Assembly: GCA_973895155.1 (NCBI GenBank)
Contig: OZ316895.1
Span: forward strand, 5,459,181-5,523,180
DNA length: 64,000 bases
Direction of reading: 5' to 3'
Origin: Marsupella aquatica
Lineage: Eukaryota; Plantae; Marchantiophyta
Both the position numbers and the translations under genes were made by a program. Under the pieces are notes generated by a model. The model was not told where the DNA came from and ran no database searches. It saw only the letters and a list, made by a program, of their open reading frames with translations. This document shows positions 35,897-49,100 of this stretch, piece by piece; within the stretch, counting starts at the first letter, position 1, and each line of letters begins with the position of its first letter.

Positions 35897-36122
35897 ACAT
35901 CACGTGCGACGAAGTATAGGGTCATTTTATTGATTCAAAGGGAAGACTTAAAAAAATTCTGAGACGAACAATAGGGTCTTTTAAATCAAATTTTGAGACT
36001 TATAAGAACATTAGGGTCCTTATAACCAAATTTCAAGAATATTCCAACTTTATAGGGGTTGAAAAATAAATTTTTTTCTTACATTTTAGGGGGTCCGAGG
36101 CCTAAAAACGTCGCAGGTGATG
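35897..36122. mobile_element. Small TIR element (MITE-like)
   Basis: Termini CATCACGTGCGACG and CGTCGCAGGTGATG are inverted. The internal TAGGGTCTTTTAAATC repeats also appear, reverse-complemented, at ~3535-3595. Confidence 0.5.
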
Positions 36123-36481
36123 GGGAGGCATCCATATAGTGAGACCCCCGAGGTTCTAGGGTCCATTCCTAGAAGGATCTTTATTGTAGTACTGCTCAAG
36201 GTGCATCGAGCATGAAAACAGAATTTGATGGCAACCTTACTTGGTATTGAAATGTGATATGGCACACACTCGACTCTTGCTTCTACCTTCCATGGATTGA
36301 GATTTAGAGTACTAGCTCTTAATAATTTTCAGAACGTTGTTGCAACAGATTGAAACCCTGTTGCAAAGTTTAATCGGTGACCAGAAGCATGCCACCTTAG
36401 CAGGTTATGGATGAATTTGTACTGATGAGGACAGCCAACCTGCTCAAGCTTAGCCATTGAATATGAGAGGGCCTCAACAAA

Positions 36482-36657
36482 GAGGTATTTGCTTGATGGG
36501 ACCCCAAAATGAAATGTGTTTCTTGAAGGAACCCTGAAGTTTTGGGTACGTTGATTCAAGGTCTGTCAACGTCGTTCAACAGTTTGGATCACTCAGTGGT
36601 CCAAAGGTCCTATCAAGTAAGGCTTTTCATTTTGAGGTCCATCAAGCAAATACCTCC
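36482..36657. mobile_element. MITE (family B), best-preserved copy
   Basis: The TIR GAGGTATTTGCTTGATGG...CAAAATGAAA pairs with TTTCATTTTG...CCATCAAGCAAATACCTC. Confidence 0.8.
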
Positions 36658-39600
36658 CTAAACAACCTAGATTTCCAATACACCTCCCATATTTAACTAT
36701 TTTGGGTTTTTTTTCTTTGCATTTTTCTTTTGGAGCACACTAGTGTCTGCTAGTTTAGCAAGGTGAGTACTGATCCATTCCTAAGGCTAGGCAAAAGAGA
36801 AACTAGCCTCAGTAACTAGGACAAGCATAATCCAATGACCTCCAGTACATGTGTATCTACCCAACTATGGTTATCCTGCTTGGTCTATGAGTTCAGCTTC
36901 TCAAGGGGATTGATTTTGGTGTCTCCATGTGCAGGTCTATCATTAGTTAGGGATTGTTTGGTGTTTGCCCACTTAGTGTAAATCTATGTCCCACTTAGAG
37001 ACTAGTTAAATACTAAAAGTGGACCACTACAGTAGACCATCACACTCTTGAAATTGTAGATTTTCATCTCATATTTTTCTTTTTCTTCTATGCTAATTTT
37101 TAAATGATTCATTGTTTTTTTCTTTTGAGTTTAGTGTTTGTCCTCTATGGACCTCGTTTGATTTTATTCCATTGTACTTTGTTTGGCCCTTTCAGTAAAT
37201 TGGTTCTATTCTGATTGTTTGGGTGTCCTCTTTGGAACTCCATCTATTGGTCAAGGGATTGTGTTTTTTGTTTTGGGGTGGGTGTGTGTGGGAGGGGGAG
37301 CGGCAGAAGTGCGTTGTCTTCTTTGGAGGTTTGCATAAAAAGGGTTTGCTGATTCGGAGTAAGGTGGTTGGGGTTTGTTTCCCTTTTTGTAAAAAAATGG
37401 AAGAAGTAGCATCTAACCTTGGCCTAACGATAGAATCCCGTGAATAGAACTGATTCATTGGTAGCAATAAGTTTATATGAAGGGCTTACGTACTTCTATT
37501 TCAGAGGGTTTGTATTTTCCATTGTTTTACGTGGTGAATAATGATCTAACAGGGTTTGAAGCTTTGACAAGTTCTCAATACATGCTACTTTAATTGACAT
37601 ATTCTTTCCCAAGTTGCATGACCATCCTATTTTATATCTGGTTTTGAAGGTGGGAATTTTTAGAAAACGCCTATTTATGGCTGCCGTAGGGGAAAATCAT
37701 GATGGGGTGAGGAGTGGCCAGCGAACCCCAATTGTCTTTTCCAAAAGGTGGCAAGAAGGCATAATCAAGATATTGTATATATAGAGTGTTTGCCCTTTAA
37801 TTTCCCCAAAAGATCCTTGAGCTTGGGGAAACGAGCCACTCCACAGTGACTAAAGTGTGGTCCAACAATATCGTGTGGGCTAGGGTAAGCTTGCATTTTC
37901 CATTTTTAGGCTGACACGCCATAGTGGGTACGGTAGTCTGGTCACCAAACTCAAGAATTCTTTCAAGTGCTTCTAAACTTAGCCAAGTGAGCTGCCATGA
38001 ACAGCAAAATCTGTTGTAAAAAGGTCTGGAAAAGTTGAATAATGTTTTCTTCTTTTTTCCGCGTTGGACACTACTCTTCTAGACGTCAATGTGATTGTAA
38101 AAGTTTTCCACCTCCCCCACCTTCAACTGGAGGACTGTGCCCAACTTTTCCTTTGACGATATATTTACCTGGCCCAACGCTATCCTTTCTTTTAGAATTG
38201 ATGCTTGAATAGACCACCATGTTGACCTGGGGACTCAGATAGGCCTTACAAAAGTAGATTATCATTGCTCGATATTATTGTCACCCTTTTCTATTGACCA
38301 TAAGTGGGATACGGCTGGTAGACAAGACATTGGATTGTGGAACAAGAAGCCTCAACAACAATCATTTACAGAAACAACGTTAAGAGAGGGAACCATCCAA
38401 AAGCAAAGCCATATTCAACTTGGTTGTAAGAAGTAGAAATTCCTGAGTTTTTATTTTGCATATTTCACATGAAATTACTACAATTACTACAAGCGCTTGT
38501 AGTAAGGCACATAGATTATAGTCATTTTTTCTTGGAAATGTTCACAAATTATTAAAAGAGAATGCCAATTAAAAGTCCATATTTCTACCAACTTAAGTTG
38601 AATTAGCAGGTTTGATGGGTATCCAGTGAGACGAGCATGATTTGTATCACTTGATTGCCAGATTTTGCATCTAGTGGTGCTCCTTTGCCCAAAAATGCCA
38701 CCACATAAACTACTATGCTCATTCTGATAGATATGGCATCCAAACTGATACGGAATTTGCCATAGAAGTCTTGGTTCTGCTTTTCCTTGCTGATCAGTGT
38801 GCTGGAAATTGATCAGTGTGCTGGAAAAGTTTTACCTCTAGGGTATTCCATATGCAACAATCATGTACTTCATAGGGGGAAGGAACAAATGATGAAGTTG
38901 AACATTAGTGATGAAGTTGAACATTAGTGATGAAGTGGAAAGTGGCCAGGTTGACAATATGCAAAAGTTTAGGCAACTAACTTGTGATATTTGTCTGATG
39001 GACCCTTAAAATGAAAAGTGTTACTTGATGGGACCCTGAGCTTTACCTAAACCCTGAACCTCACATCTAGCTATCCACCACGAAAGTATTTGTCTCGATG
39101 CTGATTTGTTACATGCAAGGATCCACCAAGCAAATTGCTGTATGCAAGACCACAATTCTTTCCTTGAGCATCATACTTTCATTATCCGATTATTTACTTT
39201 TCCCAGGCAAATAAAAGTAATAATCCACTGGTCCAATACCCTAAATAGTACACTTTTCTAGTGTTTTTGGCCACCTACAGTAACTAATGTCTTAACGACA
39301 TGAATTCATCACATGGAAACCAGCAGAAACAATTTTAAAATCCTATGCAATTTGGATTCATGAACGATTCAGGTACCCTTATTTGGCGCTTTGCCTAAAT
39401 TCGATATGTGTTTACTCAGTTCATCTTAAAGAAATAGTAACTAGCATTATTCTGTATGACTGACCCTTTGCTGTTGACTGAACACGTGAGTGAAATCCAA
39501 CCAATTTTCAAAGCGAAATCCAACCAATATTTCACATAAGTCAATCTGGCCAGACAGGAAAATGATGCCCAGACGAACCTCAAAGTTTGTTATATGCTTG

Positions 39601-40555
39601 AATGGACTTTTGTACTGGGGATAGACTGCGTCCAAAAGTCTACAGTTGTTTGGATAGCACATTTCATACTGAAGATTAAGAAATTATGTACATCAAACCC
39701 AAATCTAACTGATGACGGGGGATGATCAGCTTTTGAGCTAGACTTTTCCAAACAGTCTCAATGTCTGAAGACCCATTTTAGCTTGCTAGAAAGAGAAATG
39801 ACTGAGCTTTCTAACAAACCATTTTTTCACTAAATTCTGATCAGCTTTGGAAACTCTACGAGTACTAAATGCAAGATGGGTTTGGAGACATCCTTGACTC
39901 AATTAGGCGGCTGGTCGGATGCTTTTCCATGTCGCCTTGAGTGTAAGGAAGGCCAGGTCCATAAAAAATGTAAGATCCACTGGGGTTTCAACTTCAGCCA
40001 TAAGGGTTCCAATTTTTAAAAGGGAATATTAAACTGAATTATATATAAATTCCCACCTCATCCTTTTGGCTATTGAATTTGGATGGACATGAAACATTGA
40101 CTTTAGATGCGTTACAAGCCAGATGCAAAGAACAAACAACAGATACAACAATAGCTAAATAGCTAAATCAGTCCACTTTTGTTCATCTTGAAGATCCAAC
40201 CCCTGCCAATGGCTGAGATTCATCCATTGTCACCATAGGCGCAAGTGCTTGGTGTTCATGCCCTCTCTGAGATGAGATTTATCACTCACCCTTGGCCAAG
40301 TCCCGGTCTCTATTGCAAATTTGTTATTTGAACCGTATGGCCATGACTTGCCCGGCCCTCAAGGTGTTTGATAGGCGGGGCAAGGCCATATTGCTAGCTT
40401 GGCCATGATTGCCACCATCGTCACGTGCATCCCATCTCATCAATTGATCTTGGCTTAGCCATGGGACGGGGGATCTTTGATGCTTGCCATAGTTACATGT
40501 GGCCAAGACTAACTTGAGTTATTTTTTGTCAAAACCATGACATATGAGTCAATCA

Positions 40556-41005
40556 GTTTTTAACTACATTGCCACTAAAGGTGTTCTAATTTATAATATT
40601 GTCAATTTTTTTATTATATTTACAAATATGCCACTATTTTAGTATATTCCCACTTTGGTTGCTTTGTTGAACTTGTCATCTTTATACAAAATCTTGGCAT
40701 ATTTGTAATACAAAATAACCATAGTAGTGTTATCAATTTGCAGCTTTTAATTACTTTGCCTCTAAAGATGTTCAAATTGATAATACTGCCATGGTTTCTT
40801 TTGTATATAAAAAATATGTGATGGTTTTGTATAAAAACATTAAATTTAACAAAGTAACCAAGGTGAGAATATATAAAACACGTGGCATTTTTATAAATAA
40901 AATAAAAATAATGACAATATTGTTTAATTAGAACATCTTTAGTGACAATGTAGTTAAAAGTTGTATCGATTTGAACATCTTTAGTGAAAAATAATTAAAA
41001 GTAAA
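40556..41005. mobile_element. Two adjacent family-A MITE copies plus an extra terminal fragment
   Basis: CAGTTTTTAACTACATTGCCACTAAAGGTGTTCTAATT at 40555 pairs with AATTAGAACATCTTTAGTGACAATGTAGTTAAAAGTTGTA at ~40926-40965. A second terminus, CAGCTTTTAATTACTTTGCCTCTAAAGATG, starts at 40741. Confidence 0.7.
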
Positions 41006-44000
41006 TTATTCAATACAAATAAGACAATGAGATGCTAATAAACATTGCTAGCTTGGGTGGCAAAGTTGAATCTCAGTACACAAAGTTTGTTAGACCCGAT
41101 TACGAAGCAAATAACGTAGATTGCCACATAGGGCCATCATAATATTCATTACTATTTCCACAGAGAAAGTAGACCATGCTGCCTTTGGTCCAAACATAAT
41201 ACAGCTCACTTGGACATGATCATGCACCACCAAACTTCACTCCACAAGAATTGAGGAACTAGGCATCACACCAGGAATATAACCAATCTATACTTAGTTT
41301 TAATCTCAAAGAGCATCTACACCACTTGCGTTAGTATTTTTAATACTAATATCTTCAACCATCACTCTCAATTTAGTTTGCATACCTGGGACGTTATGGT
41401 CAGGCTCCCACAATAGAGATTTTTTGGAGGATTTGTGTTTATATTTGAAACCTGAAATATCACCCAAAATAGATGTGTCCTGAGTCGCTACTAGGACATA
41501 GGAGTTTACTTCTTCTAATCAATAAACAATAACTATTTACAAGGGCATTGGGGTCGTCTCCTTCTTCCTAGCATCACCAAATGTAGGCTGAATGAAGATT
41601 GTACTTCAAGTCTTAGATTTGGTGAAAGTTTTCAGTTGACACAAATGCAAAGGAGAAATTAGGAATATAGATGAGCTGGTGGTTGGAATCTCAATTTTCT
41701 CACATTCATGAAATCTGGATATATACTATAGGTCATCAGTGAAGATGCTCTGCAAATTGACAGTGAAACATTGTCCCATGCCCAAACTTGTCAATCAAGG
41801 AAAAGCCATTAGGCTATTTGTGACCACTGATCACAGGAAATGGTTTCTGGTTTCTTAACTACATGCAACTACAACATGCAACTTCAGATATTCTCAATCT
41901 AGAGCATATTTCCCGATTAAGAAAACACTTCAAGCATACTAAGATCTTTTCACTTAAATTAGATCATGATACTTCTATATGGTGTAAAATCAAACTTTAA
42001 TATGGCACTGATGGAGTGGATGTATGTAATCTCACCCTTACTCTACTGGTGAGTTCTCTGGTACAAATTTCCAATCTTTCTCGTTCTATGATATTTTCTT
42101 GGTTGTCGTTTCTCTCCTATGATCTCATATTCTAGTAGGTTTCCTTACACATGGTATATAGTGGTGTTTTATTTGGACTCTTTTATTGATTGCTGTGTTC
42201 CTTAGCTGGATATCACCTATGAACGCAGTCTACATTTATTAATCTCTGATTCAATACTATGTTTTCAGTATGAGTCATCTAGATATCGGAGTGTTGTAGT
42301 TTTGAGTATGAGTCATCTAGATATTGGAGTAATGTCTCTCTTATCATCTGATATTTTTGCTACTAGGTATAATCTTATTCATCACTCAGAATATTCTTCA
42401 GTTGCAACTACACCTAAAGGGAAACAAACAACAGAGGAAAATATCCCCCATTGAAAGCCAGTGCCAGTTGGATGACACTGGGTTTTCAGGTGTGGTTTTC
42501 CTTATCTTGTTTTTAAAAAATTGGTAAATATCTCCGCATTTTTTGGATTTGGTTCTTTTAAACTAAGTTACTGTGCATGGTCTTAACAGTATCTTAACTT
42601 CTCTTGCTGAGTGATCTTTTAACTATATTGAATTCGTGATGCATCTTGGAATTTTAGTAGGACTAGCCTGATTGCCCAAGCTTTGCTTGTAAATAGATGG
42701 TGAGGACAATCATGCCCATTTGCAGTTCCACTCCCAGCCCTAGTTATGCCCCCAAAGGTGCCCCTCCAGTCCCAATCTAGAGGCTTTACTCTAGATAGTA
42801 GGTGCTTATTCTAGCTTTCTATCACATTTTACTAGATATATATTTTTGATAAAATTCAATATTGGGTCATACTCTCATTCATAGAAGCTGACTCACTCAA
42901 AATTTCCCCTGCCTGTTGGAGTGGAGCTATTTGGAGGGGATTGTACCTCCAACCAACACCAAAACTTTCTTGAACAGGGTTGAATTTTGATATGTTCTGT
43001 TCGAGGTCACATCATGAAGCTGCAGACGACCATTGTGAGTACTCACTCAAAAGCGCAACCTACCAGTCTGGACCAGAGGTCGACAGGTCTATTGGTAAAG
43101 CAGGACTGATACAAGTTGAAGTGACCAGTAGGTGAGGGGCATATGTGAAAGAGTCCATTGTTGAATGGTGGTTCTCCAATCTATATTTCAATTGAGAAGG
43201 CAGGAATACTCAGTGATGATGACCCACCAAGATGGCAGAAACGATTGATTAGAGTACGCTTGTGAAGTTGGATCCTGTACAGTATATCAACTTTCTATAC
43301 CTCACTTTCTTCATGATTTCACACTGAAATAGCGAAAGAGTCCATCCCTAATCCAAGTTTCCGTTGAGGAGGCAGTAATAGTAGCCATAATTCACTAAGA
43401 TGGCAGATAAGGTTGGTTTGAGTCGTTGTGTGGTGGGATGCTATATAGTTGAATACTTTCCGTACCTAACATTCTTCATGATTTCACATCGAACTAGGGG
43501 CCTTGAGAAGGTTCAGATTGGGAGGGATAGAGATACAGGGATGGATAGTTGCGCCAATAATATGAGTGCTGTACCGTTTGTAATGAGTTCACAGGTGACT
43601 TCATTTCTGGTTCGGACTGAATAACTCTTCCTGTTGTGAACTGTGTTTATATGGATTGTTTACTGCAATGTGGGGATGAATTGATTAAAAGATAAGGTCA
43701 TCAACATAAGAAATCCTTCCTCCAGCACATTGTAATCTATTGTCCACGCTCGACATTAAATTTGACATTGACAGTGAGAATGGGATTTCGGTGTTTCAAA
43801 TCTTTACAGCTTTTCTGTCAGTGAACAAACCACAGTTTGAATTCGGTTTCCATTTCTCATGCAGACCGTGAGGTATGTCCTGTGTTTCGATTCTTCCTCT
43901 AGTTTTCAGTCAGTGAACGTACCATAGTTTTGAACATGGGTTCCATTTCCCATTCAAGGACAATTCAACTCACCTCTTAATTTTGAGACGATCGAACTTC

Positions 44001-46107
44001 AGGTCGTGCTGGTACGAATGGGATGTACTGTTAGGTTGAATCCAAAATATGCGGGTGGGCTGCCACACGGGATCAACACGGGTGTGGTCCCCCATGCTGT
44101 ACTGTACTGTAGGTATATGATGATCGAGGACATAATTCATTCATGCAGAATATAAAAAGGAAGAATGATGTTGGTGCGTGTTGTGGCACGGAAGCATGCA
44201 GGAGTGCCCTGAGAAAGTCACAATGCTTCAGGAATCCCTTGCTAGCCTGCCTCACTGGCTACATAGTAACAGCTGTAAACTTACCAGTACAAGCAAGTTG
44301 GAAGAGAATTTTCTGAGGATCCAGTGTAGAAGGGGGACTTCAGCTGGCTTCACCAGTCGTTAGTGACAAAACTCGGGAATTCTCAGAGTGACCTTAAAAC
44401 ATTGTTAAGCATCTCTTCACACCTCGGCCATGTCCAAGCATTGCCTATTTATGGATAATAACATTCGTCCTCGACGTTTCACAATAGAAACCCACTGGAG
44501 CTTTCTCTAGAGTTGATCCTGTTATTACATGAGACATACATATGCATTTACTTCCTTGAAATTGGCACGAGCTGTAAAGTTGACATAGATTTCCAAATAG
44601 AAGTCTAGCTTACCATGATGGAATGAAACATTTGTCGTATGACTAAAACGCTCAACCAATGTGGTTTCTGAATTCCATCAAGAGTAATACAATCCAATTT
44701 CAAGCAATCAAAACGCAACATTTCGACACATCTAACGTCGGTCATATTATACGCCCAAACAATCTAGAAACTCAGATCCGCCAATCCGTGTAAAATCACA
44801 TCGAAGTCAATACAATCTGTTCACTAGCAAAAGCGGTGAAATTAGTCTGAAGAACCACCAGTCACTTTCCGCAACTACTCGCCTGTAATCTCGTTGACTT
44901 CTTGAGGTTCAGGAATGCTTCTCCCGAAATCAACCTGTGTCGTTGCAATGGGATACGAAGCCCAGGTCGTCATCCATTCCAAGCATCCACCAGAAATCCC
45001 AAATAAACACAAACCGTTGCAGGTTGTTCTAGCAGGGGCATCCTGTCTGGCTGAATCAGTTGCTCCTGAAACAGAAGTGTGCACACAGGAATCCTTCCAA
45101 GTTTTCACTTCGATAATTATCAAAACTCTATTCAAAACAGTTGCAATTCATGTGCTCGTTTAATATGGACTAAACAAAGGATGCAACCCTTGTCAATTAA
45201 ATCTGCGTTGATGAGAAAGAGGAAACCCAGTAAGCTGTAACCTACCAAAGGTATCATTCCAAAACAATTTCCAATAGCTGCTAAAAACTTTCGTACCAAT
45301 TACGGTGGATATTATTTCACTCGAACCGTGTTGCTATCCTTAGAATATTTTGTAGTACAAGAGGAAAGGGAAGCTCGGATCATGTAAGCTGCCAACTCAT
45401 AGATATGGCAGAAAATATCAGAGCACGATGACCCGGCGCTAACCCTTTTGCCTTCATCATTTTACCTACACGGATAAACCTCTTTTACAGTTGACATCAC
45501 TTCTTTACAACCTGTCGAAGAAAAAATGACTGAAACCAAAGCCACAGTAGACATGGCACTAAATGACTCGTCAATAACGATTACCATTCTTTTGACGGAC
45601 AGACCCTTTCGGTCTGACAATTTTGGGAGCATTTTTTACATGATATATTGCAGCAACAATGTTGCGCAGGGAGAGATCCTACTAACCTACGTTTGAATAT
45701 GTGCACACCGACGTGCCGAGTAAGGGTGTACTGTTGAGCCAAATACTCTACCCAATCTGTCATAGTTCCCGTTTCAATAGAACCAGTTGAGAGAATATAA
45801 ATACAAAGGGGAAGCTACATCTTTCGCAGTGATGTTTTTTAGCCATGGCTGTTGGTCCTGTCGAAGACCCCCACCTTTCACGAAATAGAATAGCAAATCC
45901 ATAGAGCAATGCAGTATGACAGGTGGCACACGCCCTTCTTCATGGTGGTAGCACTAATAGATCCTGTGGTGAATCAGGATGACAGGACAGGGCATACCCT
46001 TATTGAGGTGGGTAGTACAAGTTCCACTGGAGAAGTACTCCATTGCAACCGATACGTCCTTCGAAATCAAGGGATATTTTCTTCACGATAAACTGCGTTG
46101 AAGCCCT

Positions 46108-49100
46108 CTATCGGAGCTGAAACTGGTTTCCAGTTTCGAATATAGCAGTAGTAAGGTTGTTTGCCAGCTCCTCATAGCTGTCATAATCTGGAAGAATAAG
46201 TTCATTGAAGCACGTGTGCGCCTGTTGCAAATAAAAAACTGTCACACATTAGCCATTCAATACAGACAGTGGTGTACTCTAGAACCTCTCCTCCTGGACA
46301 ATTCCAGATACCAATCCAAAGACAGCAATCTCTAACATTGCAGTCTCCCTTCTCAATGGGCCATCCTCCTCAGCTTCGTAAAACTTTGAAAGATCCAATT
46401 TCCATTTAATCTACTCAAGATGGAAATTATCATGGTTCGTTCTGTGCATATTTTCTTTACCTGTGGAAGTCTGCTAGAGTCAGACACGCGCACAATGTGA
46501 AAAGGCCTCAAACCTTCACTGCCACGTAGTCCCTGCAGCACAAAATTGAATACATTATGGATTGCTTCTCAAACCCACCGTAGTCTATTCAAACCATCCG
46601 CACAGCTCTACACTACTCAGCAATTTAAATGCAATAGCGTCATGAACTAAGGCGATTAAGGGCTTAATAGTAGATTTAATACCTTGAAACCATCAGGATA
46701 TGGAACCTGCACAAATACACCCAAGCACCGCAAAAGTTTAGCCGATATCATTTCGTGCAAGGAAAAGTTTGGTTGATCTCGAAAGAGGAATGTCTGATAG
46801 GTTCCCGAAAAGAACTACCGAGCAATAACAAGGTATGCCAACCGTCACAACGACCTACTTACCTTTGATGTCCCAGTCACAAATTGTAAGAGACGGGCGC
46901 GCATTTCTTGATCCCACGAATCCACGAGCTGGTCAACAATGAAGCGGAACTAATATAAGATGACAATGAATGTGTCCTTGATTTGTTACAGAACAATTCG
47001 AATTCAGCCAACGAGATCTATGCAAACGATATACTACAGCCGCCCTGGTTAATTAAGTATCTTCAATCCACCTTCCTTCGTGGAAGCTCATAATGAAGAA
47101 TCACAAGCTGGTTCAACTGAATTTAATGCTCAAAGAGAAAGATGAGGACAGAACGGGAATCGTGAGTAGAACCTGCCAAAACCATCTGATCACCGGACAT
47201 TCTATCGAATCACTGTATCCTGCCTTGTAAACAGTACTCTTCCTCCTGCGACAACACAAAAGCAGCCTTGGCAACTGATATCCCTCACAGGAGGCATCTT
47301 TCATTTAACTGCCAACTAAGGACTCATCTCACCCACGCAAAGATAATCATGATTGCACACGACTTCCAGTACTCTTATCTTCCAGAAAGTTACTTGAAAA
47401 TCGCAAAAACTCAAACAAAGAGGCTCAAAATCTCACCAGTCGAGAGCATCGATGATTGGAAGCCCTCCAATCAACCATTCCAATTCATTTTCATCGAAAT
47501 TCTGCAAGAAAATGAACAAAAGTAAGCTCCCGTGAAATCAAGACGGACAGCAAATTGAGGATGAAACACGGGTCGGGTCCTTTGATGATTGTTCTTCCAG
47601 ATAAACTGAAGGCGAATTCTTCTGTAAGGCGGCATAGTTTTCGCATGAAAACTTTGATTCAGTTTAGAAACAAGGCCGCCAATACCTGGGCACCAAACAG
47701 CATCCTCATGACAGGACCTCAAACACACATTACTAGCTAGGGTTGAGATTTCTAGGACCATTAGTACAACTAATAGAGGAGAGCATGACAATGGGGTAGT
47801 TGACCTGCAGTAATGTGGGTTCAACAACACGCGCAAGTCCTGCCCTCAGCGCTTGGAACTGTGCCTCGACACTTTCTGTCACCAAACCACAAACAGAAAG
47901 AAAAAGGGGTTCAAAAAAAGTCTTTGAAAGTAGCAGAAGAATATACGTAAGTCGTCCCATTGGCACCAAAGTCAAAGCTATAATTCCTGCGAGAAGATTG
48001 CGATAAATCAATAAGTCAACGCACTTCCCTATAACTTACGTGCCTATATTACCCTCAACCGAGTTTAGTACCTTTGAGACGCCATCCAGCCAAAAGATCC
48101 ACGTACTCCCGCTTGTTCGCCTCGCAAACACTAATTTCCTTGCCTTTGGGCTTCAGCTGCATTAATTTAGAAAGCAGCGGGTCTTTTCAGAAAATGATTC
48201 AGCATGATGCTGGAATTCAACGAGACAGATTGTAGAGCAGCAGGACTCTAGTCTTTTTGGCGTCTATATCAGAGCATTATAGCGCATTTGCATAGGAGAT
48301 ACATTGTGCGACACTTCGTCCCACAAGCTCCCCGAAGACGATGGCCATCAAAGGAACTACACAATGCTCTATCTGTGAAAGACGAGCTTAAAGATATACT
48401 TGAATCCGACATCGGCACATACCTCGATTTCTTCATACGCACCGAAATTCTCCCTGTCAACTGAAAAGGTCAGCCCTAAATCCATCCCATCCAGTTTGTT
48501 TTCCAAAAGCTGCAAAGAATCACGCACAAGTAATTCAGTATCAGCCAGAAGTTTGCAATGTGAGACAATTCAAGTATAGTACCCTTTGTGCAATGACAGT
48601 AGCGCAAGTTCCCTACAGTTGCATGAGACCTTCGCAGCTGGACTATTTCCTTACTTTTCTGTAACTATGCTCGGGACACAATCCTCAAAATTTTGGAAGC
48701 AAGTTACAGTTCGCCAGAACTCTCGACTATTTTCGTGACCATAAAACGAGCACAGGGCCCCGTCCGGAAATTCCTACAGCTTCAGTAGACTACAAGTACC
48801 CGTCCAACACAAGTTCATTGCTATCGACATATCCGCATTTAATGAAATTCATACCAACTTCTGCAAATCGTCGTAACTGAAAGTCCAACTGACTACTCAG
48901 TGAATAACCCCTCAGGCTAGTAAGTTAAATTCCGATCCGTTCTCAAACACATCAACCCTAAGACCTACTACGTCTATTCGAGACGACACATCTCAATGTC
49001 GTTAAAAAAGAGTCAAAATGTCCCAAGACTTACCTCGGACCGCGGCGAATGTGAGGCACAACAATTCACGACACACACAAAGCTGGAGCAGTACTTGTAA

